Below are positions 33,601-45,568 of a stretch of DNA of 64,000 nt, in pieces. The position numbers and the translations under genes are program-made. Each line of letters opens with the position of its first letter. The stretch's first letter is position 1. The notes beneath the pieces were generated by a model that did not search any database, was not told where the DNA came from, and saw nothing but the letters and a program-made list of their open reading frames with translations. The stretch covers positions 288,001 through 352,000 of the forward strand of contig CAWCKY010000003.1 in NCBI GenBank assembly GCA_963796275.1, in the 5' to 3' direction. This stretch comes from an uncultured Acidobacteriota bacterium. GTDB lineage: Bacteria > Acidobacteriota > Blastocatellia > RBC074.

Positions 33601-33703
33601 TTTTCAGTTTTTAGTTTTCAGTATTCAGTATTTTCGAATAACTGAAGTGCGCGAGATGCTCGATGCCTTGATGAGAGCTCTGAAAACTAAAAACTAAAAA
33701 CTA
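33598..33703. mobile_element. Short deletion derivative of the heptamer/four-helix-bundle cassette
   Basis: Same arms (ttttcag/tttttag ... ctgaaaactaaaaacta); interior 33635-33697 on + encodes RITEVREMLDALMRALKTKN*, matching the four-helix-bundle C-terminus. Confidence 0.6.
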
Positions 33704-34492
33704 TTCGATGAGCGGAGGAGTAAAGTTATAAGGCGGCCACGGGCCGGTGATCTCAAAGGTCAGCCCTTGTTCAGCCAGTTCGGCAGAGGCCCACTCGACG
33801 CGCCCGCGGAGATCGGCCCGGACGATTTTCGGAGTCAGGAAGGCCCAGTTCAAAACGATCTCCGCGGCGCCTTCTGAGTTTGCGGTTGCTATCACTTTGC
33901 GAGCACGGAGATCGGTGGCAAACCCGCGCAAATCATCTGCTACTCGGGCACAGGTCTTCTGCAGCCATTGATGCAGTTCCTTCTCAGCCGACACTCGCGC
34001 CCGCTGCTCCAGCAAATAACGCATCCCTGGAGGCAGGGAGGCGGGGTCCATTCCGGCCTGTTGACTTGACTGAAGCCCCTGCAGTGCTCTCTCCCGGTTC
34101 AGCATACCCTTGATGCCCCACTCCTCGTGATCTGTCATCCGATCAAGGAACTGAGATATGGTGCTCCCGTGTTTTCGCTGCAGCCCTTCCAAATTCTCCA
34201 GCGATGAGAAGATGGTGCCGAACCGGGCTGGAAACACAGGGGAATGAGCCATCGCCTGTTCGATAACTGCTTCGTGGCGCCAGGCTCGGATCCCCAGCCA
34301 GGAGATATCCTCCATTTTGGCCTCGGCTGCCGGCCCGGAAAAATCCGCCACCATAACGGTGCTCAGAACTGCCGCGAGACCGGCAAACCTCCGCACTTGA
34401 AGCGGCTGCTCGCCATCCACACCGGTTCCGCTGAGCTCCGGCAGCAGGCCGGACCGGGCGAAACAGAAGAGATAATAGGCAGTATTTGACAT
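33701..34492 (-). CDS. gvpL: Gas vesicle protein, GvpL/GvpF family
   Basis: YLFCF, HEAVIE, P.RFGTIF, EWGIK, LN.AFL, TGPWPPYNF. Confidence 0.85.
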   Translation of the reverse strand: MSNTAYYLFCFARSGLLPELSGTGVDGEQPLQVRRFAGLAAVLSTVMVADFSGPAAEAKMEDISWLGIRAWRHEAVIEQAMAHSPVFPARFGTIFSSLENLEGLQRKHGSTISQFLDRMTDHEEWGIKGMLNRERALQGLQSSQQAGMDPASLPPGMRYLLEQRARVSAEKELHQWLQKTCARVADDLRGFATDLRARKVIATANSEGAAEIVLNWAFLTPKIVRADLRGRVEWASAELAEQGLTFEITGPWPPYNFTPPLIE

Positions 34493-34494
34493 AT

Positions 34495-35976
34495 TTATTT
34501 CGCGCTCTCAGCCGCCGTTTCGCCATCGCTCCACGAAGCCGCGTCCCCACGTCGCCGCGTCGCTTCTCCAGACTTCTCCAGACTTTCTTTGATGGCAATA
34601 CCATATTCTTTGAGCTTCGACTGGATCGTCTTATAGTCGATTTGAAGCAGGCGGGATGCCTTTGCTTTATTGCCCCTGGTGAGGGACAGCACCTGGATCA
34701 AGACCTCGCGCTCGACCGCGATAGTACTGCGGCGCACTATCTCTTTCAGGGGAAGCTGGCGCCAGGGTAGCACAGGCGGCGGGGAATGGCGCGCCTGGCA
34801 GGGCTGCTGCACTAGGTTGAGATGCTTATCGGTGATGATGTCATCGGCCAGGAGCGTTGCCCGGCGAATTGTGGAGCGAAGCTGTCTCACGTTTCCCGGC
34901 CAGTTGTAAGCCAGTAGTGCCTCGGTTGCAGCTCTCGAAAAACCGCCGACGGATTTTTTTAATTCCGCATTGGTCAGTTCCAGAAACCGGTTGGCCAAGT
35001 AGAGAATGTCTTCACTCCGGTCCCGCAGTGGTGGGATAACGATGGTAAATTCGTTCAATCGGAAGAAGAGATCCTCCCGAAACGAGCCCAACGCCGCCAG
35101 GGTCTGGAGGTCCTGGTTGCTGGCAGCCAGGACGCGCACATCGACCGCCATCGGCTTGGAACCTCCGACGCGATTGATCACTTTCTCCTGCAGCACCCGG
35201 AGCAATTTAGCCTGCGCTGCCAGGGAGAGATTGGGGATCTCATCGAGTAACAACGTCCCCTGCTGGGCCTGTTCAAAGCGCCCGACCTTTCGGGCGTGAG
35301 CGCCGGTGAAGGCTCCTCGCTCGTGCCCGAATAGTTCACTCTCGAGCAGCGTCTCCGGGATGGCCCCACAATCGATCGGGATGAAAGGCGCCCGCGCTCT
35401 CAGACTCGCCTGATGAATAGCGCGGGCGACCAGCTCCTTGCCGGAACCGGTCTCGCCGATGATGAGCACGCTGAAGTTCGATCTTGCCACCCGATCGACA
35501 TCGGCGATGAGACGGCTGATGACATTGCTGGTTCCCATCATCTCCCGGAGTGAACTTTGATCACTCGTTTGGTAGCGGGGCTTGAGTTGGCGAGGGCGAT
35601 TCCGCTCCTTCAACGCCTTAGAGACCAACTGAATGACTTCATCGAGATCGAAAGGTTTGGCCAGATAGCTGTATGCTCCAGCTTTCATAGCTTCGACCGC
35701 GTTCCGCACTGCCGCATAGCCGTTGAGTAAGATGACCGGCAGCCCCTCATCCATATCCCTAACGTGCCGCAGCACTTCCAATCCGGTCAGGCCCGGCATC
35801 CTGTGGACGACAAGCAGGAGATATGGAGTCTCGCTGCGTATCATCTTCAATGCCGTCTCCCCATTAGACGCCACCAACGGGGTCAGGCCCTCCATCTCGA
35901 TGAGGTGAGCCAGCAATTCACGCGTGCTCTCCTCATTGTCCACGATCAGGATCTTGCAATTGACTGTAGTCATCAC
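34495..35976 (-). CDS. Sigma-54-dependent enhancer-binding protein (NtrC-like) with an atypical receiver domain
   Basis: GETGSGKE, ESELFGHERGAFTGA, LLLDEI, WPGNVRQL, Fis-type HTH; receiver has LLVVHRMPG where LLxD.xMPG is expected. Confidence 0.92.
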   Translation of the reverse strand: MMTTVNCKILIVDNEESTRELLAHLIEMEGLTPLVASNGETALKMIRSETPYLLLVVHRMPGLTGLEVLRHVRDMDEGLPVILLNGYAAVRNAVEAMKAGAYSYLAKPFDLDEVIQLVSKALKERNRPRQLKPRYQTSDQSSLREMMGTSNVISRLIADVDRVARSNFSVLIIGETGSGKELVARAIHQASLRARAPFIPIDCGAIPETLLESELFGHERGAFTGAHARKVGRFEQAQQGTLLLDEIPNLSLAAQAKLLRVLQEKVINRVGGSKPMAVDVRVLAASNQDLQTLAALGSFREDLFFRLNEFTIVIPPLRDRSEDILYLANRFLELTNAELKKSVGGFSRAATEALLAYNWPGNVRQLRSTIRRATLLADDIITDKHLNLVQQPCQARHSPPPVLPWRQLPLKEIVRRSTIAVEREVLIQVLSLTRGNKAKASRLLQIDYKTIQSKLKEYGIAIKESLEKSGEATRRRGDAASWSDGETAAESAK

Positions 35977-36367
35977 TTCCTCCTTACAGACAGATCGATT
36001 TGCACATTCATATTTGGTGATTGTCGGCTCAGATCGGCCAAGAATGAGCTTATGCTGAGAAGTCTTGGCAGGCTCAACGGTGGTTCTTGAATCTGAAACA
36101 CCAATCGAGCGCTCGGGTGATTGCCGCGCGGCCTGAGGTTGCAGGACAAGAGCCTGCTCTTATCGTGATTGTCTCCTCAAGGATGGTTTTGCCATCTAGG
36201 TGGTGGGCCCGGTAGAACGATTCATATATCGATGATTAGCCCGCACCGGCATATCGTTCTCCTAACCTGGGCCGTCGAGCGAAGCACCAATGCCCGACGA
36301 TGGCGGCTGAGGATACTTTTAATTCTACGGCCACTGAAATCGGTTATCGTTAGTTCAGCAATATATT

Positions 36368-36598
36368 CTCAACTCCGCGATACCAACTCTATTGAAGAAT
36401 GTTATTGTTATGCTCTCCCTTCAAATTCTATGTTGTAACTACTTGTATTACGTCAAACCACATAGCATCAGATTCGAGTTCAAATGTAACCACCATCCAA
36501 CAGCACAAATCATAAATCAATAGAGCTTTGATAAGCTTAAAAGCTCTGGAATAAAGTGAACAAAGGCCGATAAAAATTTCATAAAAACGGCGAGAATT
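36368..36598. repeat. Diverged duplicate of the 40568-40791 regulatory region
   Basis: Collinear shared blocks accaact, gttattgt, ttcgagttcaaa, atcataaa, gccgataaaaat, cggc.agaa. Confidence 0.7.
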
Positions 36599-36792
36599 TA
36601 AATCAAAGCAATAAAGGTTGATACAAACTACGAGGAAATAAAGAGTAAGAGAAGGAAGAAAAGGAGAAGATCAAATGGGTTGCCCACTTTTCTTGGTTCT
36701 CTTCATTTCTTCGTAGTTTTAATTATCTGCCCCAATGTCGTCTACCCGGTATATTGAAAACCATCACCTGTGAAGTATGATAATCTTCCTTA

Positions 36793-39223
36793 CTAATGCC
36801 GCAATGCCACTAGCGGATCAAGCTTCATTGCTCTGCGCGCGGGCAAATAACAAGCGAGCAACGCAACACTCATCAACAATAGCGCAACGCCCCCGAACGT
36901 CAGCGGGTCAGTTGCACTCACCTCGAAGAGCAACGTCTTCATCAACCGAGTCAATGCCAATGCGCCGCCCAGACCAATTAGTATACCGATGAGCGTCAGT
37001 CTCATTCCCTGTCCGATAACAAGTTTCATTACGTCGCCCCTGTGCGCGCCGAGCGCCACCGAATCCCGATCTCGTGCCTGCGCTGCGTGACTGTATAACT
37101 CAGCAAGCCATATAGCCCCACGCTGGCGAGCGTCAGTCCCAACAGCGCGAACGCGCCGAGCAACACCAGATTGAACCGGCGTGACGAAGCAGAGTTGGCC
37201 ATCAGTTGTTCGATAGTCTGAATGTTGGAGATAGATTGATCTTTGTCTACGGCCCAAACCCGATCGCGCACTGAGGCAATCATCTGAAGCGGGTTGCCGC
37301 CGGTGCGCACTACCAGGGTCATATAGTTGTTATTCTGGATTTGCGCCAGCGGGAAATAAACTTGGGGATTGGCTTCCTCGTCCAATGCGGAGTGTTTGAT
37401 ATCTTTTAAGACGCCCACGATCTCGCGAGAGACGCTTCGAAAGCCGATGCGCTTGCCGAGCGAGTCTTCTCCGGGCCAGAAGTATTGCGCCGCCGCTTCA
37501 TTGATAACAACCACTGGCGGCGCATTGACGCCGTCGCTTTCAGCGAGCAGTCGGCCTCTTTGCAGCGGGATGCGCAGCGTCTTGAAAAAGTCCGAACTGA
37601 CTTGACAGATTCCGGCGTTGAAGCTTTCACCGGGCGGCAGCGGCCTGCCTTCGATAGCAAAGTCTGCGCTCCACAATGCGCCACTGAGCGGCAGTGGATA
37701 GGCCGCTGCTGTGGCTTCCACACCTGGTAATGAGCGCACGGGTTCCAGTGTCTGTTGAAAAAAGTTTGCCCTCTGGGCGCCCGCGTATTTTCCGCGAGGC
37801 AGTTGGATATCCATCGTCAAAACGCGCTGTGGATCGAGTCCCGGATCAACCCTGATCATCCGCTCAAAACTCCTGAGCAGCAATCCCGCTCCGATCAGCA
37901 ACACAAAAGCCAGGGCCACCTCGCTAACAATCAGCATGCTTCGTAAACGATGGTGCGGCGCTCCGGTAGCACTGCGCCCCCCCTCTTTGAGTGTCTCGTT
38001 GAGGTATGGTCGCGAAGCCCGAATGCCAGCAGCAGGCCGAAAACAATCCCGGCTAGCAGCGAGATGAGGAAGGTGAAACACGCTACACTGGTATCCAGTC
38101 GGATATCGTCCGTGCGCGGCAGATTAGCGGGGCTGAGCACCGGCAGCAGCTCAATACCCCACCAGGCCAGACACAGACCAAGCGTGCCCCCGCTGACAGC
38201 CAGCAGCAGGCTTTCCGTTAGCAACTGCCGCACGACACGCCAGCGGCCGGCGCCGATAGCTGCGCGAATCGCCAACTCCTTTTGCCGCGCGGCGGCGCGC
38301 GCCAGCAAGAGATTAGCGACATTCGTGCACGCAATCAACAAGACGAACCCTACAGCTCCCAGCAACACCAGTAAAGCCGTCTGAACCCTGCCGACGATCT
38401 GTCGTTGCAGGGCTACTACCCGCACATTTCCGCCGTTATTGGTCTGCGGATATTGCTCAGCCAGACGGCGAGCGATATCCTCCATCTCAGCTTGCGCACC
38501 TGCGATGCTGACGCCCGCTTTGAGCCGCGCCAGCACGGTCAGATAGCCTCCCTGGCGGCTGCTCAATTGCCCAGGCGTGAAAGCGGTAGGCAGATAAATA
38601 TCAACTTGATCGGCGAACTGGAAAGCTGCTGGAAGATAGGCTTTGCGCGGGAAATGGAAATCGGGCGGCAGCACGCCAATAACAGTGTGGACTTCATTGT
38701 TTAGCGTGATCGTCTGCCCAACGAGTTTTGGGTCTAAGCCGAAGCGCCGCTGCCACAACCCGTGACTGATGAGCGCGACGCGAGGCGCACCTGGCTGCTC
38801 TTCTTCAGGCAGAAACGTGCGCCCAAGCATAGCGCTGATGCCCACCAACGAGAAGAGACTGGCCGAAGCGCGCACGCCGCCCACGAACTCCGGCTCGCCA
38901 CTGCCTGTCAGGTTGATGTTATGCGAGTGCAGGGCCGCCATTCGCTCAAAGACATGATTTTGATTGCTCCAATCTACGAAATCCGCTACGCCCACTGGAA
39001 ATACGGGCAAGCCATACCTTGCCTCATGAATCGGATAATGTATCCAGACCATCACCAACGCTGCAGGATCGCGGTACGGCAGCGTGCGCAGTAATACACC
39101 GTTGACGACGCTGAAGATGGCCGTGTTTGCGCCAATGCCCAGCGCCAGCGTGAGGACAGTAATCACCGTGAATCCGGAATTTTTCAGCAACATTCGTATG
39201 CCATAACGCAGGTCTTGAAACAT
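36793..39223 (-). pseudogene. ADOP / MacB-like duplicated ABC permease, split by two apparent frameshifts (~38020 and ~37060)
   Basis: QDLRYG.R.L.K..GFT...[13 protein letters not shown]; [12 protein letters not shown]; EIGIR; ARRAMK.DP.VALRH across three overlapping ORFs. Confidence 0.85.
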
Positions 39224-39334
39224 ATCGTCCTCAGTACATCAAGAAAAAGGAAGGGCGGCCACCGCCACCCTTTCGAGACCTATTTCTTGCTCTGCTTGGG
39301 TGAGTAAGCAGAGCAGGATAATTTTTGCTAAAGG

Positions 39335-39840
39335 CTACGCCTCAATTCCTTTGCCCTCTGATGACATTGTCATTTGGTCAACATGGTTCTTCAGCCAACT
39401 ATCGAATAGAGCGGGGTCGGTTGATGAAACAGGATTATCAGTTAAGAAAGAAAGTTCGCTTTCTTTGGCAGATTCTTCAGAAATGCTAAGGTCGGGACGT
39501 GACCTCATAATGAAAAACTGACTGGATTCGACAAGCTCCTTAAGTTGTGGCTGCCAGTGCTCGGGACCTGACATTCGACCACTGGCAATAATCTCATTGA
39601 CGATGGACTGATTGGGAAGTGGAATGAGAATCATTACTTGATAGTCTTCTCCGCTCTCCATCGACCAGACTTTCATCTGTCGAAAGCCATATCCAAGTAG
39701 TTTGGGAATGATCTTGTTTTTAAGTGGTCAACAAAAGCCTCCCAATTATATGACTTGACGCTATAGTGTTTAGAATAACACCACTGTTGATTGGCTGGTT
39801 GCGTAATTTGATCGGTTATTGACTCTGGTGATTGGCTCAT
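39335..39840 (-). CDS. Hypothetical small alpha/beta protein (possibly NIPSNAP/ABM-like); frameshift in an A-run near 39720
   Basis: AAGGAG RBS and ATG 39840; one added base joins MSQSP...YSVKSYNWEAFVDHL to the 39335-39676 ORF. Confidence 0.45.
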
Positions 39841-40096
39841 ATTTCGTAACTCCTTGATGGATGATAAGCGTAATATGAGCTTGTAAGCATTGAAATTCCT
39901 GAGCTAGCAAGCTCGCGGGTAAGCAAAGACGGCTGTGATTTTACCATACCTCTGTTTAAAGCCAATTGAAACCCTATACGCGGCAAGCGCCATACTAATC
40001 AGAGAATATGCCTACTCCTCAACTACCCTAATAGCTGAGGACGTAATGGCTGAGGACGCTGCTAAATGGCTGGTCGGTATATCGAGAGAGCTCAAA

Positions 40097-40448
40097 CTAT
40101 GTCGATGGAACTAATTCCGACTCTTCTTCAAGAAAAATGTGGAGCTCTTTAGTCGTTATCAAGGCCGGTTCCCAAACCCTACTCAATGCCCTGCTCACGC
40201 GTTCTTGGTCTACGAAAGGAATAAGCACGATGATATTGTAGATGCCTTTTTGGTCGGTTCGGTTTGCAGAAAAAACTTTGACCTGCCTTTTCTCTTGATC
40301 AGTCAACCTTGAATTTGCATTTGTATTTGGATTCGTTGGATTAAAAATCAATTCCAGGGTATCTTCGTGTGTTTTCCCTGAGAGCTTCTTCCCGGCCTTC
40401 CCCTACCACCACCTCATAGCTCACCATTACATATTTAGTGAATCCCAT
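40097..40448 (-). CDS. Hypothetical small protein; frameshift near 40378
   Basis: GAGGTG RBS and ATG 40448 (MGFTKYVMVSYEV...) joins the 40097-40351 ORF if one base is removed. Confidence 0.45.
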
Positions 40449-40567
40449 TTTTCACCTCAATCGAAGGGGTTAGTAATCAGATGCGATTCAATCTGTTTCG
40501 CATCGCTATGTTGCAGTCTTCCGAATGTCGGTTGGGTTCCGGGGTACGGGTTGAGGGCAATCTAAGC

Positions 40568-40791
40568 CTCAACCCGCGTCACCAACTTTTTTGAAAAAGT
40601 TATTGTCACGCTATCTCTTCTGTTTTATGATGCGATTACTGTCATCTCAAACAGCTCAGCATCGAGTTCGAGTTCAAACGTGACCATCACTTAAGTACGC
40701 GGATCATAAAACAAGAGGGTTTTGATTAGCATAAAAACTCGGAAAAAGTTCAATAAAAGCCGATAAAAATCCAATAAAGTCGGCAAGAACT
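40568..40791. promoter_or_regulatory. Divergent regulatory region with ~11-bp phased A-tract (ATAAAA-like) repeats
   Basis: Lies directly before the wHTH-AAA start; homologous to 36368-36598. Confidence 0.55.
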
Positions 40792-40793
40792 CG

Positions 40794-42172
40794 GTGAAAA
40801 CTATGACTTATGAATTTGGCCTGTATCGCTTCGATCCAAGTACCGGTAAGTTATTTAGTTCCGGCAATCCGATAGATATTGGACCACGGCTGGCCGAACT
40901 GCTAACGATCTTTATGCAGCACCACGGACAGGCGCTGGGAGACGAAGAGTTACTGGAGATGCTCTGGCCTGGCGACCAGAACAAGGGTGGAGAGAATCTA
41001 GCTGCTAACATCTTTAATCTGCGGAAGAAGCTCGGCGCAGGGCAATATATTGAAAGGATTGCCGGACGCGGATATCGTTTTGTCGGCGCCGTGAAAATGA
41101 TCGATCCAGATGCTTCGCCGCAGAGCTATCCGCTGCCGCCGGGCGGTGCCGTACCGCTCGATTCACCGTTCTACATTGCGCGGAGAACGGATGATGAGTT
41201 TTATAAGGCGATTGCGCGCCGCGACAGCATCGTCCTGGTCAAAGGTGGGCGGCAGGTAGGCAAAACCTCTTTGCTCGCCCGCGGGCTGCAAATCGCTCGC
41301 GAATCCGGAGCCACCGTCATCCTGACGGATTTGCAGCATCCGTCAGGCGAAGCTTTCTCAAGCGTGGAAAAGCTGCTGCTCGAGCTGGGAGAACGAATCG
41401 CTGGCCAGATGAATTTGAAGACCAGACCTCACGATGTGTGGAGCAGTCTGCTCAGCGCCAGCGCCAATTTTCACAATTATCTGCAACGCGAAGTGTTAGG
41501 CAAGATATCCTCTCCACTGGTTTGGGGGCTTGACGAAATAGACCGGCTGTTCGGATTTGATTACGCAAGCGAAGTGTTCGGACTGTTCCGGTCCTGGCAT
41601 AACTTGCGCGCACTGGAACCCTCAGGACCGTGGCGGCGGATGACGCTGGCCATGGCCTATGCAACGGAAGCCCACCTGTTCATCACTGATTTGAATCAAT
41701 CGCCATTTAACGTCGGCACCAAGCTTGTACTCGAAGACTTGACCTACGATCAAGTCGCCGAACTCAACCGGCAATATGGCGCACCACTCAAAGACGAGTC
41801 GGAGATCGCGCGATACATCGCTATGGTTGGCGGGCACCCTTACCTGGTGCAGCGGGGCCTTTACGAAATGACCGAGCACGGTTTAGACCTCGCTTCAATC
41901 GAAGGGAATGCCGATTACGATGAGGGAATATTCGGCGAACATCTGCGACGGATGTGGGTTTCACTGACCCGCGACGCTGATTTGTGTAATGCCGTGCGCG
42001 ATCTGTTGCAGGCCAAGCGGGGATTGGCGATCACCAACTTCTACCGACTGCGCAGCGCAGGGGTGCTGGTCGGTGATTCAGCACACATGCGCAGTTACGG
42101 TGCCAACTTTACGCCAAGTTTTTGAAGAAGCATCTTTTCTCCCCCGACAGCCCGGAGGTTTTTGATGATTGA
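40794..42172 (+). CDS. OmpR/ToxR-type winged-HTH fused to an AAA-like (AAA_35-type) NTPase; frameshift near 42085
   Basis: YEFG.YRFD...LRKKL...GRGYRF; [34 protein letters not shown]; conserved RCQLY tail lies in a shifted frame. Confidence 0.8.
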
Positions 42173-45100
42173 GTCTCCTCGCTTTTTTCGTGATTTGAGC
42201 TTGACCGATCGCGTTGAGTTCTTCGTCACTGGCGGGACAATGATGCCTGACGCGCCATCTTATGTTGAGCGGCAGGCCGATTGTGATCTGTATGACAGTC
42301 TCCTCGAGGGAAAATATTGTTATGTGTTGACCGCCCGCCAGATGGGGAAATCGTCGCTCACTGCGCGCACGGCGGCGAAATTGCGCCAGGTTGGCATCGG
42401 TGCTGTCGTGGTCGATCTGGCGGCGATCGGGCGCAACCTGACTGTCGAGCAATGGTATGGGAGCGTCTTGAGCTGGATTGGGAGAGGCATTGAGTTATCG
42501 GAAGGCGAGCTGGAAGAATTCTGGCAGTCGAGGCCGCTGCTCGGCCCGGTGCAAAGATGGATGTGCGCATTGCGCGAAATCATTCTTCCTCGCTATCAAG
42601 CTCAACTAGTCGTTTTCGTGGATGAAGTCGATTACCTGCTGGATTTGCCGTTCCCGATGGACGAGTTTTTCGCAGCGGTCCGCGAATGTTACAACATGCG
42701 CGCGGAAGACGCCGTGATGCATCGATTGACGTTTTGTCTGGTAGGTGTGGCGACGCCATCGGACCTCATCCGAAACAAGCGCACTACGCCATTCAACATC
42801 GGCCGGCGAATTGAATTGCACGATTTTACGGTGGCGGAGGCCGCACCGCTCGCGCGCGGGCTGAGACGCGACGATAAATTGAATGACTCCCTGCTCAAAC
42901 GCGTGTTGTATTGGACAAACGGTCATCCTTTTCTTACCCAACGTCTGTGTCGAGCTATAGCTGATGATGCTGGCGTCGAAGGTAAAGGTGACGTTGATCG
43001 TTTATGTAATGACTTATTTCTCACGCGCCGCGCACAGGAGTTAGATGATAACCTGCTTTTTGTGCGAGACAGTATACTTCGCAGCGAAGAGGACAAGGCT
43101 GCTCTGCTCGACTTGTACGGGAAAGTGAGAAGGGGCAAACGTGTGGAAGATGATAACACCAACACGCTTGTCATTATTTTACGTTTGTCGGGGGTCACGC
43201 GAACAGCAGACAATTACATTAAAGTTCGCAACCGCATCTACAAACGCGTTTTCGATCATGAATGGGTTGAGAGAAACATGCCTGATGCGGAATTGCGGCG
43301 GCAGCGCACGGCATACCGCCGAGGTCTATGGCGAGCCGGATTATTTGGTGGCGTCATCCTCTCTCTCATCGTGGCACTTGCAATCAATGATGTCAGAAGA
43401 CAGAAGGCCGCGCGAGACGTTGCCCAGAGCCTGCTATTGGCAGCGCAACCGCAGATATTACCGGATGAGATCGAAAAAGCTTATGCGTCCAGGGCTAAAG
43501 CGGAGAATCTGATTCGGATGGTTGCTTACAAAAATCATATCAAACAAGCGCAGGAGGCGTGGGAAGAATCCAATGTTGCTCGGGTCGAAGAGCTGTTGAA
43601 CTTCTGTCGACCGAAGGGTGGAGAGCAAGATCTCCGCGGGTTTGAGTGGCACTACCTTTGGCAAGCGAGCCATCAGGAAAGCCGATCTCTGAAACGTGAG
43701 AATCCGGTTGTAGCGTTACAATTCGCGCCGGACGGCAAGCGAATTGCTATTGGTGAATCTTTACAACCGGTAGATAGTGAAAAGTCAAAATACAGGATTG
43801 AATTCCTAGATTTGGATCGGGCAGTAACAATTGATTCGTTTGAGACGCAGTCAAGAGGTGATTTCAACAGAATGATCTTCACTCACGATTCGCGCAAAGT
43901 TCTGGTCGATGACGACCAGAATAGGGCCAGCTTATTGGATATGAAATCCGGCAAGAGCCTGGCTATCTTCAAAGGTCATGATCAGTCGTTGTCAGCGATT
44001 AATATATCAAGTGATGGACAAAGGATTGTGACGGGGGATACGCGAGGAAGGCTGCAATTTTGGGAAGTAGCAAAAGAGCCAAAGAGCAGAAGGCAGGAGA
44101 AACAGCAGCAGAACGTTACCTGGGTCGACCTCTCGCGGAATGGGAACCGGGTTGCGAGCGCAACAGGATCTAACGCGGTGAAAATATGGGATTTCTCTAC
44201 CGGGCGTGAACTGATGTCGCTGGAAACCAAAGAAGGAGTCTTCACGGTTGCTGCCTTCTTTCCGGATGGTCGCCATCTTCTGACCGCGACAAAAGACGGA
44301 GCTATGCAGGTCTGGGATCTTCGTGCAAGGGCAATCACGGCCAAATTAACGGGACATTTTGGTTCGCTTGTAGCGCTTGCATTCTCTCCTGACGGAGCGA
44401 AACTGGCAACAGCCAGCGACGACAGAACCGCCAGACTTTGGGATCTCGCAGCCCGGCGCGAACTCATCTCAATCAAAGGACACGGCTAATGGGTTTCTGC
44501 TATTTCCTGGTCACCTGATGGCAAACTACTCGCCACGGGCAGCGCAGACAGGTACGTCAAGATTTGGGATGTCGAAACGATGCTCAAAGAGGGCGTCGCA
44601 GTTGAGGGATCACGCGTAGAATCTTATTGGGCATCAGCGTTTTCTGAAGACGGCTTCCCCCTGGCGGTCGCCAAGACCAGCGATGGGAAAGTGAAGATAT
44701 TGCGCGTGCCATCTGGCCAAGAGGTGTCAACATTGTATGAATCGTACAACGACCTCCAGTTCGCGGTCTTCTCTCCTGATGCCGAAAGGGTAGCAACCTC
44801 TGGGATAGGGCCTTCGATAAGTATCTGGGATGTCCGGAGCGGAAAGAAAATAGTGTCATTGGCCGCGAAGACCGAGAATGTTTTTACGGTGGCCTTCTCA
44901 CCCGATGGGAAAAAGCTAGCTTCCGTTTACGATAACGATCGTACGTTGAAATCATGGGATACGACGACAGGGCAGGAATTATCTTCGCTCAAAGCCGACA
45001 ACAAGCTCTCATATCGGATAGCATTCTCGCCCGACGGGACGACCCTGGCTGCCGCTTGCGACAATGGCAATGTTATCCTCTGGAATATCGATACTGGTCA

Positions 45101-45474
45101 GTCAGTGCCTATCAAAGCACACAATGGCGTTGTCAGCACCATTGCCTTCTCATCAGACGGATTGAAACTTGCGACCGGGGGAAAAGACAACGCCGTCAAA
45201 TTGTGGGATGTGAAAACGGGGCGGAAATTGCTTGATATGGGACAGGCGGAATCTATTATATCGCGCAACCTTTTCACCCGACGGCAAAAATCTGATCACC
45301 GGCAATACTGAAGGTACAGTGATTATATGGAATGTCCTAACAGGACAGGAACTGATGATCCTGCATAAGCACGCAAGTTATGTGACTTCGATAAATTTCT
45401 CCAACGACGGAAGAGGTTTGGTTACTAGTGGCGAAGATGGGTCGGTAAAAGTCTGGCGGTTAACCGAACAATAG
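42162..45474 (+). pseudogene. AAA-like (AAA_35-type) NTPase, TM segment and WD40 repeats; in-frame TAA at 44487-44489 and frameshift near 45245-45260
   Basis: SYVERQAD, RQMGKSS, FVDEVD, TPFNIG, WTNGHPFLTQ; many FSPDG...WD repeats continue past both breaks. Confidence 0.8.
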
Positions 45475-45488
45475 TAGTAACCCGTGAG

Positions 45489-45564
45489 TAGTTGATAGGT
45501 TGATAGTTGATAGTTCGTATACACTGTGGTAACAACATATACAAACTATCGACTATCGACTATC
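45489..45564. repeat. MITE-like heptamer-armed element (tagttga / tc(a/g)acta family)
   Basis: Arms and ~30-bp core are homologous to 60464-60545. Confidence 0.65.
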
Positions 45565-45568
45565 TTAT

